64,000 nucleotides of DNA from Opitutaceae bacterium (GTDB lineage: Bacteria; Verrucomicrobiota; Verrucomicrobiia; Opitutales; Opitutaceae). The stretch is taken from assembly GCA_015075305.1 (NCBI GenBank), contig JABTUS010000004.1, forward strand, positions 238,679 through 302,678. Direction: 5' to 3'. The position numbers were made by a program, and so were the translations under genes. The notes under the pieces are model-generated. The model worked only from the letters and a program-made list of their open reading frames with translations, was not told the origin of the DNA and did no database searches. Below, one piece after another: positions 30,283 through 40,141 of the stretch (positions within the stretch are counted from its first letter, which is position 1; each line of letters begins with the position of its first letter).

Positions 30283-31020
30283 TCAACCGCTGTAGGAAAG
30301 CTCCTGCTCGCTCAGCTCCTGTGGCGAAATTGCGTCAGAATCCGCAATCAGCCGTATGGATTTCTCAACAATGTCCTCGATATGCCGCTCCATGGCATCG
30401 CGTGCGGCGCGCGCATCGCGCCGTGCGATGGCGTCATGGATTTCCTCGTGGCTCGCCAGCACCTTCCTGCGGTTTGAATCGGAGATTTCCTTTCCGGCCT
30501 GCTTTGGCATGCTCGGGCCGATCATGACGCGGTTGATCATGTTCAGTCTCAATATTTCAGCCTTCATCAGCGCATTGTGAGCAGCTGCCATGATGGCAAT
30601 GTGAAAACGCACATCCTCGCGGAGCAGGTCACCGATGAATGGGGCCTCGTCGCTTGAAGAGAGGATGCTTGATGTAAGATTCCGCATCGCATCCAGCGCA
30701 TATTGAATTTCCCGGAGATCAGATTGGCTGTGATTTACCGCGGCGAGTGCGGCCGCGTGCCCTTCCAGCGCAAGGCGCAACTCGCACAACTCCCGGAATT
30801 CCTTGCGGCCCATCTTGGTCACGTTGGCACCCAAGTGTGGCCGGATGACAACGAGACCATCGGCTTCCAACTGTCGAAGCGCATCGCGAACCGGAGTCCG
30901 GCTGACGCCAATCTCAGATGACAAATCCTTGGTCATCAACGGGCTGCCCGGAGGATATTCGCCGCTGAGTATCCGCTTCCGAATATGGTCGTATGCGAGG
31001 TCGGAGTTTACGCTCTTCAC
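30283..31020 (-). CDS. GntR family transcriptional regulator (FadR/FCD subfamily)
   Basis: N-terminal wHTH (LAYDHIRKRILSGEYPPGSPLMTKDLSSEIGVSRTPVRDALRQLEADGLV) plus an all-helical FCD-type C-terminal domain. Divergent from the heparinase-like gene. Confidence 0.88.
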   Translation of the reverse strand: MKSVNSDLAYDHIRKRILSGEYPPGSPLMTKDLSSEIGVSRTPVRDALRQLEADGLVVIRPHLGANVTKMGRKEFRELCELRLALEGHAAALAAVNHSQSDLREIQYALDAMRNLTSSILSSSDEAPFIGDLLREDVRFHIAIMAAAHNALMKAEILRLNMINRVMIGPSMPKQAGKEISDSNRRKVLASHEEIHDAIARRDARAARDAMERHIEDIVEKSIRLIADSDAISPQELSEQELSYSG

Positions 31021-31168
31021 GCTTGCGATGATATGCCCGTGTATACCTTGCTTTCAACAAGATTTTCTGGTCGTGGCGCATCTGTTCTCAAAAGCCGTAG
31101 AAGCCCGCGGTTTGAGATTTGTCACGCATTGCAGCGTGCACGAAGATTTCAATGCTGCCCTGGTTGCG

Positions 31169-33037
31169 ATGCGTATTCTCTCGATCGTTCTCTTGTTTGC
31201 TTCCCAGGCATTCGCCGCCACGGGGAGCGCGCCGGATTCTCTTGCCGGGCTTCGGTCCGGCCATCCCCGGCTGCTGTTCACAAATGAGCAGTTGAACGCC
31301 GCCGTCGCCGCCGCACGGATCGATCCTCTGCGTGCGAAGCTTCATGAGCGCATTCTCGCGCTTGCTGAAGATCAGATTGGCACACAGCCGGTCAGGCATG
31401 AGCTCATCGGTCCCCGGCTTCTGGACAAGTCTCGCACGGCGCTGGGGCGAATCCTCACGTGCGCGATGGCCTTTCGACTCAGCGGCGACATGCGCTATGC
31501 GCTTCGAGCGAAGAAGGAGTTGTTCGCCACGGCAGGCTTCCCCGATTGGAATCCGTCTCATTTTCTTGATGTGGCGGAAATGAGTCTGGCCTTCGCCATT
31601 GGCTACGACTGGCTTTATGAGCAGTTGCAGCCCGCGGAGCGTGAGCGGCTGAAGGCCGCGTTGATGAAACACAGCCTGTCGTTTGCGTCCGCCGCCTATG
31701 CAGGATTGAAGCCGACCGACAAGCGGCTCCGGTTCGTTACAGCGGTCAACAACTGGAATCAGGTCTGCAACGCCGGTCTCCTGGCTGCGGCATTGGCGAT
31801 TGCCGATGAAGAGCCGGAGGTCGCACGACTCGTTGTGAATGGTGCGCTGCGTTCGCTTCCTGTCGCGATGAAGGCTTCCTACTGGCCCGACGGAGCCTAT
31901 CCGGAAGGTCCCGCCTATTGGGATTACGGGACCGGCTACAATGTTGTCGCGATCGCAGTGCTCGAAAGCGCACTCGGGACGGACTTCGGGCTGAGTCGAT
32001 CGCCAGGACTGGATCGAACCGCGCTTTATCGGCTCAATGTCGAGGGTCCGAGCGGGTACGCATTCAATTACGCCGACGGTCGTCCGGCGATCGGTGCCCA
32101 GCCTGAATTCACATGGCTGGGCCGGCGGTTCAACCTGCCCTCAGTCTTGCAGCATTGTCGCGATGCGCTGGAATCCGAGCTATCGAAGCCGACATCGATG
32201 AATCGCATGATGGCTATGCACGCGGTGTGGTTTCCGGCGCCCGTGGGCGCGCCTGTTCCGGAGCCGGCGCTTGACAGGTACTTTCGGGGCCCGGCCGAAC
32301 TCGTGATGCTTCGCAGCGCCTGGAATGATCCGCGCGCCCTGTTTGTCGGATTCAAGGCGGGTCGGAATGATGTCAGCCACGCACATCTTGATCTGGGGTC
32401 ATTCATCCTCGACGCCGATGGTGTGCGCTGGGCGCACGATCTCGGACCGGACAACTACAATCTGCCCGGATACTTCGGGGCTGAGCGATGGAGCTACTAT
32501 CGGTTGAACAACCGCAGTCACAACACCCTTACGCCGGGAAATCATCTTCAGTCCGCCGTGGCTGTCGCGCCGGTAGTCGCCTTCAGTTCGCAGGTCACGA
32601 AAAGCTTCGCGATAACCGACCTCACTGGAGTCTACGCGGGAGTGGCGCAAAGCATCCGGCGGGGAGTGGCGCTTCTGGATCGCGCGCGGGTGCTCGTTCA
32701 GGATGAATTGAGCGCCGTGAAATTGGGAACGGTGCTCAAGTCGCGGGTCGTGACGGGAGCGCGGGTGACGCTTGAGGACGCGCGACATGCGACCTTGCGG
32801 CAGATGGATCGCATGCTTCGCGCGGAGATTCTCGCGCCCGAGGACGGTCGATTCCGCGTGGCGCCGGCCCGCCCGGACACTTCGAGGGAGAATGCCAACA
32901 AGGGATTGACCGCGCTGACGGCGGAGGCCACCGCCAATTCGCCCGACATGCGGATCGTGATCCTGCTCACACCCGTCGGGGAGCGCTGGCATAACTTCCC
33001 CGGACAGCCGGCCGTCACTCCTCTGGCCGATTGGTGA
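31169..33037 (+). CDS. heparinase II/III-like polysaccharide lyase family protein, secreted
   Basis: MRILSIVLLFASQAFA signal. N-terminal alpha/alpha toroid-like region (HPRLLFTNEQL, NWNQVCNAG) and C-terminal HAHLDLGSFILDADGVRWAHDLG, typical of the Hepar_II_III domain. Confidence 0.78.
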   Translation: MRILSIVLLFASQAFAATGSAPDSLAGLRSGHPRLLFTNEQLNAAVAAARIDPLRAKLHERILALAEDQIGTQPVRHELIGPRLLDKSRTALGRILTCAMAFRLSGDMRYALRAKKELFATAGFPDWNPSHFLDVAEMSLAFAIGYDWLYEQLQPAERERLKAALMKHSLSFASAAYAGLKPTDKRLRFVTAVNNWNQVCNAGLLAAALAIADEEPEVARLVVNGALRSLPVAMKASYWPDGAYPEGPAYWDYGTGYNVVAIAVLESALGTDFGLSRSPGLDRTALYRLNVEGPSGYAFNYADGRPAIGAQPEFTWLGRRFNLPSVLQHCRDALESELSKPTSMNRMMAMHAVWFPAPVGAPVPEPALDRYFRGPAELVMLRSAWNDPRALFVGFKAGRNDVSHAHLDLGSFILDADGVRWAHDLGPDNYNLPGYFGAERWSYYRLNNRSHNTLTPGNHLQSAVAVAPVVAFSSQVTKSFAITDLTGVYAGVAQSIRRGVALLDRARVLVQDELSAVKLGTVLKSRVVTGARVTLEDARHATLRQMDRMLRAEILAPEDGRFRVAPARPDTSRENANKGLTALTAEATANSPDMRIVILLTPVGERWHNFPGQPAVTPLADW

Positions 33038-33051
33038 ATGGAAAACTGACC

Positions 33052-34257
33052 ATGGAAAGCACACATGCGGCCGTGCAATCGCCAGCGCAGCGTCCACCGG
33101 GGCGTCTGGTGTCGCTCGATGCATTTCGTGGAGCAATCATGATTTTTCTGCTTTCGGCGGGATTCGGTTTCCGCGAGGTGGCGCGCAAGCATCCGGATTC
33201 AGAATTCTGGCAGTTTCTCAGTTACAACACGGATCATGCAATATGGCTGGGGGGAGGTGCGTGGGACATGATCCAGCCCGCGTTCATGTTCATGGTTGGA
33301 GTGGCGATGCCTTTCAGCTACGGTAGGCGTCGCGAGGAAGGGCAGGGATTGGGACCGCAGTTTCGGCATGTGATGTGGCGCACGTTTGTTCTCCTTCTGA
33401 TCGCCCTGCTGATCGTGACGAAGGCTGGCGAATCGCGGACGAACTTCATTTTCACGAACGTGCTCGCGCAGATTGCGCTCGGGTATCCGTTTCTGTTCCT
33501 CCTTTCGCGAACAAGCGAAAGGGCGCAGTGGATCACGATCGGCGTGCTTGCCGTCGGGACCTGGGCCGTTTTTGCCGCGCATCCGGCGCCCCCGGCGGAT
33601 TTCGATTACGCGAGCGTCGGAGTGCGGCCTGCGATTGCGGGCGCAGTGACGCTTCCCGGATTCTTCTCGCACTGGAACATGGGGACCAATGGGGGAGCCG
33701 ACTTTGACCGGTGGTTCCTGAATCTCTTTCCCCGGGACAAACCCTTTGAGTACAATCCAGGAGGCTACGTGACGCTCAATTTTGTGCCATCTCTGATCAC
33801 AATGACCCTGGGACTGATGGCCGGCTCGCGACTGAGGGGAAATGCTGCGGCGGCTTCCAAACTGCGCTGGCTGCTGGCCGCCGCGCTTGCCTGCCTGCTC
33901 GCCGGACTTCTTGCCGGGGGAACCGTGTGCCCGATCGTGAAGCGCATCTGGACGCCATCCTGGGCACTGTACAGCGGCGGGATCGTGCTTCTGCTGCTTG
34001 CCGGATTCCACTATGTCATCGACATGCGCGGATGGAACCGCTGGTCGTATCCATTCGTGATTGTCGGAGTCAACGCCATAGCCGCGTATCTGATGGACAT
34101 GTTCTTTCGCGAATGGGTGATGGAAAAACTGCGGTCGCACCTCGGCTTTGCAGTAAAAGGAGACTTTGCCATCATCTGGTTCCGGGTCCTCGCGCTGCTG
34201 GTCATGTGGGTGGTTTGCTGGTGGATGTACCGCAGGAAAATTTTTCTCAAAATCTGA
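33052..34257 (+). CDS. DUF5009/HGSNAT-like polytopic membrane acyltransferase
   Basis: RLVSLDAFRGAIMIFLL near the N-terminus and about 10 hydrophobic helices, as in heparan-alpha-glucosaminide N-acetyltransferase-like (DUF1624/DUF5009) proteins. ATG at 33052, 15 nt after the heparinase-like stop. Confidence 0.72.
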   Translation: MESTHAAVQSPAQRPPGRLVSLDAFRGAIMIFLLSAGFGFREVARKHPDSEFWQFLSYNTDHAIWLGGGAWDMIQPAFMFMVGVAMPFSYGRRREEGQGLGPQFRHVMWRTFVLLLIALLIVTKAGESRTNFIFTNVLAQIALGYPFLFLLSRTSERAQWITIGVLAVGTWAVFAAHPAPPADFDYASVGVRPAIAGAVTLPGFFSHWNMGTNGGADFDRWFLNLFPRDKPFEYNPGGYVTLNFVPSLITMTLGLMAGSRLRGNAAAASKLRWLLAAALACLLAGLLAGGTVCPIVKRIWTPSWALYSGGIVLLLLAGFHYVIDMRGWNRWSYPFVIVGVNAIAAYLMDMFFREWVMEKLRSHLGFAVKGDFAIIWFRVLALLVMWVVCWWMYRRKIFLKI

Positions 34258-34270
34258 TCTCCATTCGATC

Positions 34271-34816
34271 ATGAAAATCCCACGGATACTCCGCCCGGTC
34301 CTTGCCGTGATCGCTTCCGCCCTTGCAGCCGGAGCCGCCTCCGTCGAAATCGTTCGCGACCATTACGGCGTGCCTCACATCTTTGGAGCGACACTGGCCG
34401 ACGCGCTCTACGGCCAGGGCTACTGTCACGCCCAGGACAATCTCCCACTTGTGCTGTCGGGAATTTGCGCGGCGCGCGGAGAGAGCTCGCTGAATGGTGA
34501 GGAGCGCCGGGGAAGCGCAGTGGAGTCGGATTTTTCAGTGAGGATTTTCCATCTCAGCGAAATTGCGCTGCGGAACTATGAGTCGCTCCCGTCGCAGGAT
34601 CGGCGCCTGCTTGATGCCTATGCGCTCGGCGTCGAGAAGTTTCTTGCCGATCATCCCGCCAAGCGCCCGGCCTGGCTCGGAAGGATCAGTGGAGCGGACA
34701 TCATTGCCGTGACGAAACTCCGTCAGATGCAGCAATCGCTTGAGTGGCGAAGGACGATTTGTCCGGCAAGGCGGCGGGGCGCCGCGAGCGTGAGCTGGCC
34801 ATGGCGCTGGACCTAA
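34271..34816 (+). CDS. penicillin/AHL-acylase family (Ntn hydrolase S45), alpha-subunit part, terminated by a frame break
   Basis: Signal peptide, then VEIVRDHYGVPHIFGATLADALYGQGYCHAQDN (classic S45 N-terminus). The last ~23 codons (WRRTICPARRRG...) look out of frame. Confidence 0.7.
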   Translation: MKIPRILRPVLAVIASALAAGAASVEIVRDHYGVPHIFGATLADALYGQGYCHAQDNLPLVLSGICAARGESSLNGEERRGSAVESDFSVRIFHLSEIALRNYESLPSQDRRLLDAYALGVEKFLADHPAKRPAWLGRISGADIIAVTKLRQMQQSLEWRRTICPARRRGAASVSWPWRWT

Positions 34817-36399
34817 ACGGTGCTTCGAACATGTGGGCGCTGCGGCCGGAACGCACGAGCGACGGATCCACCCGCCTGATGTCGGATCCGCATCTTCCGT
34901 GGGATGGAGCGACAAAGTGGCATGAGTCACACCTGGTCGCGGGGGACCGCTGGATCTACGGAGCGGTTTTCCCGGGCAGCCCCGGCGTGGGAATCGGGTT
35001 TACGGCAAATGTGGCCTGGGGCTTCACCAACAATGGGGCGGATATCGCCGATGTCTTCCGCCTGAAAATCAACCCAAAGAACCGCAACCAGTACCTCTAT
35101 GAAGGGGCCTGGCGCGAATTGAGAAGTGAAACGCATGTTGTTGAAGCGCGAGAAGCGGGCGGCGCTGTCCGACGCCTGGAGCGGGTGGTGCGCTACAGCC
35201 ATCAGGGCCCGATCATGCAGGAGAATGGAAAAGGGAATGAGGCCTTTGCCGTGCGCCTCGCTGCATTTGACGCGCAATCGGAGACTCTTGACTGGGTTGG
35301 AAAGCTTGAAGCCGGATCGCTTGCGGAATTTGAGGCCTCGATGGATCGCTCGCATGGCTACAAGTGGAACTGCATTGCGGCCGACAATGCGGGAAACATC
35401 GGTTACTACTACATTTGCGCGGCCCGGGAACGCGATGAGTCGCTGGCATGGAATGCACCCGTGGACGGTTCCTCTGCAAAGACGGAGTGGGGCCGGCAGC
35501 TCACCTGGCGCGATCTCCCGCACATCGTCAATCCCCGCGCCGGCTATCTTGTGAACTGCAACAACAACGCGTTCACAGTCACCCGGGACGGTGAACTCAA
35601 GCCGGGTCGGTATCCGCGGAGCTACGGCAGCCAGGGCACGACGCTGGGCAGGGACACGCGTGCGTATCGCGCCATTGAACTCATTGAGGCAAGGCCGAAG
35701 CACGATGACGCGGACATCTCCGCAATCACTTTCGACGTCAAAACCCTCACCGCCGGACCTCTGGTGAAACAGATCCTCGATGCAGCCAAGACCGCGGGTT
35801 CAGGCGAAGGCGGTGAGTCCGCGAGGCGTTCGGCCGCGCTGGAATTGCTGCGAACCTGGGATGGATTTGCCACGATTGAGAATCAGGCGCTTCCCATTCT
35901 GGCGGGTTATCTGCAGGCGGCGGAGGAGAAGGAGATACCGCTCCGGCAGTTGGAGCGAAAATCACCCAGGGAAGTGATCGCGCTTCTTGACGAGGGCCTG
36001 AAGCTCCTCGGAAAACGCTGGGGCGATGGGCCGGTCACCTGGGGGCAGCTGCATGTGATTCGACGCGGGGATCTTGAAATTCCGGTCCCGGGCGCCGGCT
36101 CCGAGCGGGGCAGGGATCCTTTTTCAACGCTTTTCATGGTGGGGGCGAAGACATCCCACAATGGCCAGTACTACGCGGACAGCGGTTCGTCCTGGCTGCA
36201 GTCAATTGCGTACAAGAGTGGGGAGGTGGCCGCTGAAACGGTTCTTCCCTTCGGAAACAGCAATGATCCGGCATCGCGGCACTACAACGACCAGTCAGCG
36301 CTTTTCGCTGCGCGGAGAATGAAGACCGCTTTGCTGACGCGATCCGCTGTGGAGGCGGACGCCGAGTCGCGCTTCACGCTCGAGAGTCCGTTCGAATGA
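34744..36399 (+). CDS. penicillin/AHL-acylase family, spacer plus beta-subunit part (-1 frame relative to the alpha part)
   Basis: LNGASNMWALRP carries the N-terminal nucleophile Ser (SNxW). Further strings: SDPHLPWDG, NCNNN, GNSNDPASRHYNDQ. The frame is preceded directly by a TGA. Confidence 0.75.
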   Translation: MAKDDLSGKAAGRRERELAMALDLNGASNMWALRPERTSDGSTRLMSDPHLPWDGATKWHESHLVAGDRWIYGAVFPGSPGVGIGFTANVAWGFTNNGADIADVFRLKINPKNRNQYLYEGAWRELRSETHVVEAREAGGAVRRLERVVRYSHQGPIMQENGKGNEAFAVRLAAFDAQSETLDWVGKLEAGSLAEFEASMDRSHGYKWNCIAADNAGNIGYYYICAARERDESLAWNAPVDGSSAKTEWGRQLTWRDLPHIVNPRAGYLVNCNNNAFTVTRDGELKPGRYPRSYGSQGTTLGRDTRAYRAIELIEARPKHDDADISAITFDVKTLTAGPLVKQILDAAKTAGSGEGGESARRSAALELLRTWDGFATIENQALPILAGYLQAAEEKEIPLRQLERKSPREVIALLDEGLKLLGKRWGDGPVTWGQLHVIRRGDLEIPVPGAGSERGRDPFSTLFMVGAKTSHNGQYYADSGSSWLQSIAYKSGEVAAETVLPFGNSNDPASRHYNDQSALFAARRMKTALLTRSAVEADAESRFTLESPFE

Positions 36400-36405
36400 T
36401 TTCGC

Positions 36406-37905
36406 TCATCGGATCCTGGCGTCCGGAAGCTCCTGCTTGATGCCTTCGTCGACGGGCATCTTGTCCGTCGCTTCGCTGAGACCTGTTTCCAGCATGCGGT
36501 CCCGCAGGAGCGTCCGAAGTTCGGCAATCACCGGAGCATATTTTGGATTGGCGATGAGATTGTGGCGCTCCTCGGGATCGAACTCGACGTTGTAAAGCTC
36601 GGACATGTGGCGGTCGGGTTTTCCGTCGCCGTGGGGATAGTGGATGTATTTCCAACTGTCAGTGCGCACGCCGCGCACATTCGGAGTGTAGGGAAACTGC
36701 TTCTCGTAGTTGTAATAGTAGAACCATGAGGTGCGCCAGGCTGGGTCGCCGTGTTGGATCAGACCGGCCCAAGACCTTCCCTGTACGCGGGGGAGAGGTG
36801 GGACGCCGCACAGTTCCAGCAGGCTCGGCGCGATGTCGATGGTCAGAACCTGCTGGGGAACCACCTTCGGACGGTTCGGCGGGGTGAGGCCGGGGTATCT
36901 CACAAGCAGCGGAATGCGAATGCTTGGCTCATGCATCGTGCGCTTGTCCACCATGCCATCCTCGCCATTTAGCAGCCCGTTGTCGCCCATGAAGACAATG
37001 ATGGTGTTGTCGAGTTCGCCCTGCTGCTGGAGGAATGAGTAGAGCCGTCCAACGCTGTCATCGACTGAACGCAGGGTTCCCCAATAGGCGTGAGTCATAG
37101 CCTCGAAGTCCTTCACCGCTTCCGGCCGGTCATCGGGAAACTTCTTTCGCCAGTCAAAGAGGGGGCCATAGATGCCGTGCCAGGTGTACAGCCGCTCCCG
37201 AATCCAGGCCGGCTTGTCATCGAGCATGAACGCGGTTTCGGGATAGTAGACCCTCACGCCCGAGAAGGTGTTTTCATATTTGGGCTCATCGATGTAGAAG
37301 CTGTGCGCCGCCTTGTGTCCGATCATGAGGCACCAGGGCTGGTCGCCGCGGGGGCGCTTGAGCCAGTCGAGCGCGAGGTCGGTGACGATGTGGGTGTAGT
37401 AGCCCTTCTCAACTTCCCTGCGCTCTCCGTTGAAGCAGAATTCCGTGTCGTAATACTTCCCCTGGCCCTTGTGCGTCACAAACCAGTTGAAGCCGGGCCG
37501 CGGCATGTCGTTGTCCTCACCCATGTGCCACTTGCCAATATAGGCTGTGTCATAACCAGCTGATTGCAGAGCCATGGGGAAACTCTTCAGGCTGGTCGGG
37601 TACTCCGTGAAGTTGTTGGTGACACCATGTGTGTGAGCGTAGACGCCGCTCAGGATGCTTGCGCGACTGGGGGAGCAGAGCGACGTGGTGCAAAAGGCAT
37701 TCTTGAAATACACGCCCTCGCGACCGATGCGATCCATGTTCGGCGTTTGCAGGTGCTTGTTTCCAGCGATGCTCATCGCATCCCATCGCTGATCGTCGGT
37801 CAGAATGAAGAGAATGTTGGGATGCCTGGCGTGCGTCATTCGAACGCCGAGAACGAGAAGCAGCAGGCAGGCGGGCAGATGGCTTAGTGTGACTCCGAGT
37901 TTCAT
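36406..37905 (-). CDS. formylglycine-dependent sulfatase (N-acetylglucosamine-6-sulfatase-like), secreted
   Basis: [32 protein letters not shown]; signal peptide. Confidence 0.9.
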   Translation of the reverse strand: MKLGVTLSHLPACLLLLVLGVRMTHARHPNILFILTDDQRWDAMSIAGNKHLQTPNMDRIGREGVYFKNAFCTTSLCSPSRASILSGVYAHTHGVTNNFTEYPTSLKSFPMALQSAGYDTAYIGKWHMGEDNDMPRPGFNWFVTHKGQGKYYDTEFCFNGERREVEKGYYTHIVTDLALDWLKRPRGDQPWCLMIGHKAAHSFYIDEPKYENTFSGVRVYYPETAFMLDDKPAWIRERLYTWHGIYGPLFDWRKKFPDDRPEAVKDFEAMTHAYWGTLRSVDDSVGRLYSFLQQQGELDNTIIVFMGDNGLLNGEDGMVDKRTMHEPSIRIPLLVRYPGLTPPNRPKVVPQQVLTIDIAPSLLELCGVPPLPRVQGRSWAGLIQHGDPAWRTSWFYYYNYEKQFPYTPNVRGVRTDSWKYIHYPHGDGKPDRHMSELYNVEFDPEERHNLIANPKYAPVIAELRTLLRDRMLETGLSEATDKMPVDEGIKQELPDARIR

Positions 37906-37986
37906 GGGATATGTTTGTGATTGTTGAAGCGGCTGCGCGTTTCAGCCATTCCACGCCTGGTGGCATTCGGACGGACGGCTGTCCGC

Positions 37987-40086
37987 TTATTCCGGCGTGG
38001 CGTGGCTCAATGCGTTCGCCGGGATCGGCTGCATGCTGAATTCGGGACCGCTCCATCGAACGTCCAGCGATGGCTTGGCTCCGGTCCTCGTCCGGTAGGC
38101 GAGATGGATGGGGTGAAGGCCCGCCTTCAGCCGGATCGTCGCTGTTCGAACGGCCCCGCCCGCATAGCCAAAATCGGCGTCGATGACTGTGGCGTCGTGC
38201 AGGCGCATGACTGCGCCCGTGTCGGTGCTCAGCGTGAAGGTGTATTCACCATCCGTCGGCACCTGGATGTATCCGGTCAGGAGGAGACCCGCGTCCTTCG
38301 CGATCGATTGCCTTTCGAGTCCCAGGCTCCGCTGCACACCGGTCTTGCGGCTCTGCATGCCGTCAAAGGCCGGCACCCAGGGGAAGTTGCCCTCAAAGTA
38401 GCCTCGCGAAAGCCCCGGTTTGACGGGGGAGGCCGGCGTGGTCGCCGGCACCAGTTCGTTGTCATAGGGGCGCGACGCGGTTTTCTCCGGGCGCCGGGAC
38501 TGCAGCGCGAGCGCCTTGAACTCGCGCTGGCGGGCCGCGAATGCCGGATCCATCGCGAGATTGCGGGCCTGCTTTGGATCCGTGACGACATTGTAGATCT
38601 CAAAGTCGTCATCGGCACTCTTGATGTCATAGCGTACGGCGGCGTAGTCACCGACACGGAGCACCTGCATCTGTCCGCGTTTCCTGCCGCGGTGGCCGGG
38701 CTCGAATTCGGGGAAATCCGGCGTGCGGGTTGCATTCTCGTACTCGATATAGATGCCGCTCCGATCACGGAGCCTGCCCTGACCGGTCAGCAGAGGCACG
38801 AGGGAGATGCCATCCGCGCGGGCTGGAGCAGGCAGTCCGGCAAGATCGGCAAACGTCGGGAGCCAGTCGTACGTAGCGGATGGAGTTGCGAGAACCTGGC
38901 CGGGCTTGATGCCGGACGGCCAGCGCACGATGGCGGGTGTGCGCGTGCCCCCTTCCCAGCAGTCGCGCTTGATGCCGTCGAAGGGGCCGTAGCCATCGAA
39001 GAACTGCGGGCTGTAGTCCTCGGGCAGATACGATTCGACTGAGGGGCCGTTGTCGGAGCAGAAGACGACGAGGGTGTTGTCGTCGATGCTGAGATCCTTC
39101 AGAAGCTGGAACAGGTCGCCGATGGCGGCATCGATTCGGCTCACGCAGGTTGCGTACCGGCGATAGACGTCCGGCCAGGCCTTTTCAGGTGTGGACGGGT
39201 TGTTGTCGTCATCGTAGGTGGCGGAGGCGTAGTTCGGGTCCATCCAGGAGTCGGGCACGCCCGAGGCCGTGGTGATGGCATGCCCAGGCGTGCCGAGCCA
39301 CTGCACGCCTCCCTTGATGCCGCCGCCGGCTGGATAGGGCTGCGCGGGGAGTTCGAGGACCGCGTGCGGGGTGTCGTAGGCGAGATACAGGAAAAACGGC
39401 TTCGCCGGATTCGCTGCGTTCTGTTCGGTGATCCACTTCTTGGCACGTGCCGTCCACAAATCCGTGGTGTAGCATTTGTCGAGGGGAGCTGTGGCATCAG
39501 TCCGGTTCTCCCAAACAAAGATTGGCCCGCGTTCCCTGGCCTTTTCCTTGAAGTACAGCATTTCCTTTGGGTAGTGCTCGTGGCCGTCGATGTGTCGGAT
39601 GTAGCCGTAGTAGTAGTCAAACCCGCGATTGAGCGGGTGCGCGGGCCAGTTGGGGGGAGGTGCGTCGTTGGCTCCCTGGAGCCCCCACTTGCCGATCGCA
39701 GCAGTCGAATAGCCAGCCGCTTGAAGCACCGTCGCAAGCGTGTGATTTTCGTCGATGGCCTCGTCGAACTGGTTGTTCCGCACGTTTGCATGGCCCTGCG
39801 TCACACCTTGGAGGAGGGATGATCGCGAGGAGACGCACACCGGCGCGGCAACGTAGTGGTGTGTGAAACGCGCGCCATCCGCCGCCATGCGATCGAGCGC
39901 GGGCGTCGTGAACCAGGGGCGGGCGCGATCGCCTGACTCTCTGCGCTGGTTCTGATTGAAAACGCCGACGTCGCCGTAGCCGAGGTCGTCAACGAGAATG
40001 AATACTATGTTCGGTTTCGGTGCGGCAAACGCGACGAAACCAGCCGCCATCGACAGGGCGGCAGTGAGCACGGGTTTCAGATTCAT
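37987..40086 (-). CDS. sulfatase fused to a C-terminal PA14 domain, secreted
   Basis: PNIVFILVDDLGYGDVG, then VCVSSRSSLLQG (CxSxR instead of CxPxR or CxAxR). The C-terminal ~140 aa (GYIQVPTDGEYTFTLSTDTGAVMRLHD...LDVRWSGP) is PA14-like. Start at MNLKPVL (ATG 40086). Confidence 0.87.
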   Translation of the reverse strand: MNLKPVLTAALSMAAGFVAFAAPKPNIVFILVDDLGYGDVGVFNQNQRRESGDRARPWFTTPALDRMAADGARFTHHYVAAPVCVSSRSSLLQGVTQGHANVRNNQFDEAIDENHTLATVLQAAGYSTAAIGKWGLQGANDAPPPNWPAHPLNRGFDYYYGYIRHIDGHEHYPKEMLYFKEKARERGPIFVWENRTDATAPLDKCYTTDLWTARAKKWITEQNAANPAKPFFLYLAYDTPHAVLELPAQPYPAGGGIKGGVQWLGTPGHAITTASGVPDSWMDPNYASATYDDDNNPSTPEKAWPDVYRRYATCVSRIDAAIGDLFQLLKDLSIDDNTLVVFCSDNGPSVESYLPEDYSPQFFDGYGPFDGIKRDCWEGGTRTPAIVRWPSGIKPGQVLATPSATYDWLPTFADLAGLPAPARADGISLVPLLTGQGRLRDRSGIYIEYENATRTPDFPEFEPGHRGRKRGQMQVLRVGDYAAVRYDIKSADDDFEIYNVVTDPKQARNLAMDPAFAARQREFKALALQSRRPEKTASRPYDNELVPATTPASPVKPGLSRGYFEGNFPWVPAFDGMQSRKTGVQRSLGLERQSIAKDAGLLLTGYIQVPTDGEYTFTLSTDTGAVMRLHDATVIDADFGYAGGAVRTATIRLKAGLHPIHLAYRTRTGAKPSLDVRWSGPEFSMQPIPANALSHATPE

Positions 40087-40141
40087 GGCATGGGAATGGA
40101 AGACTGAGCGGCTGGTCACTGCAATTTCGTTTGCGGGAATT

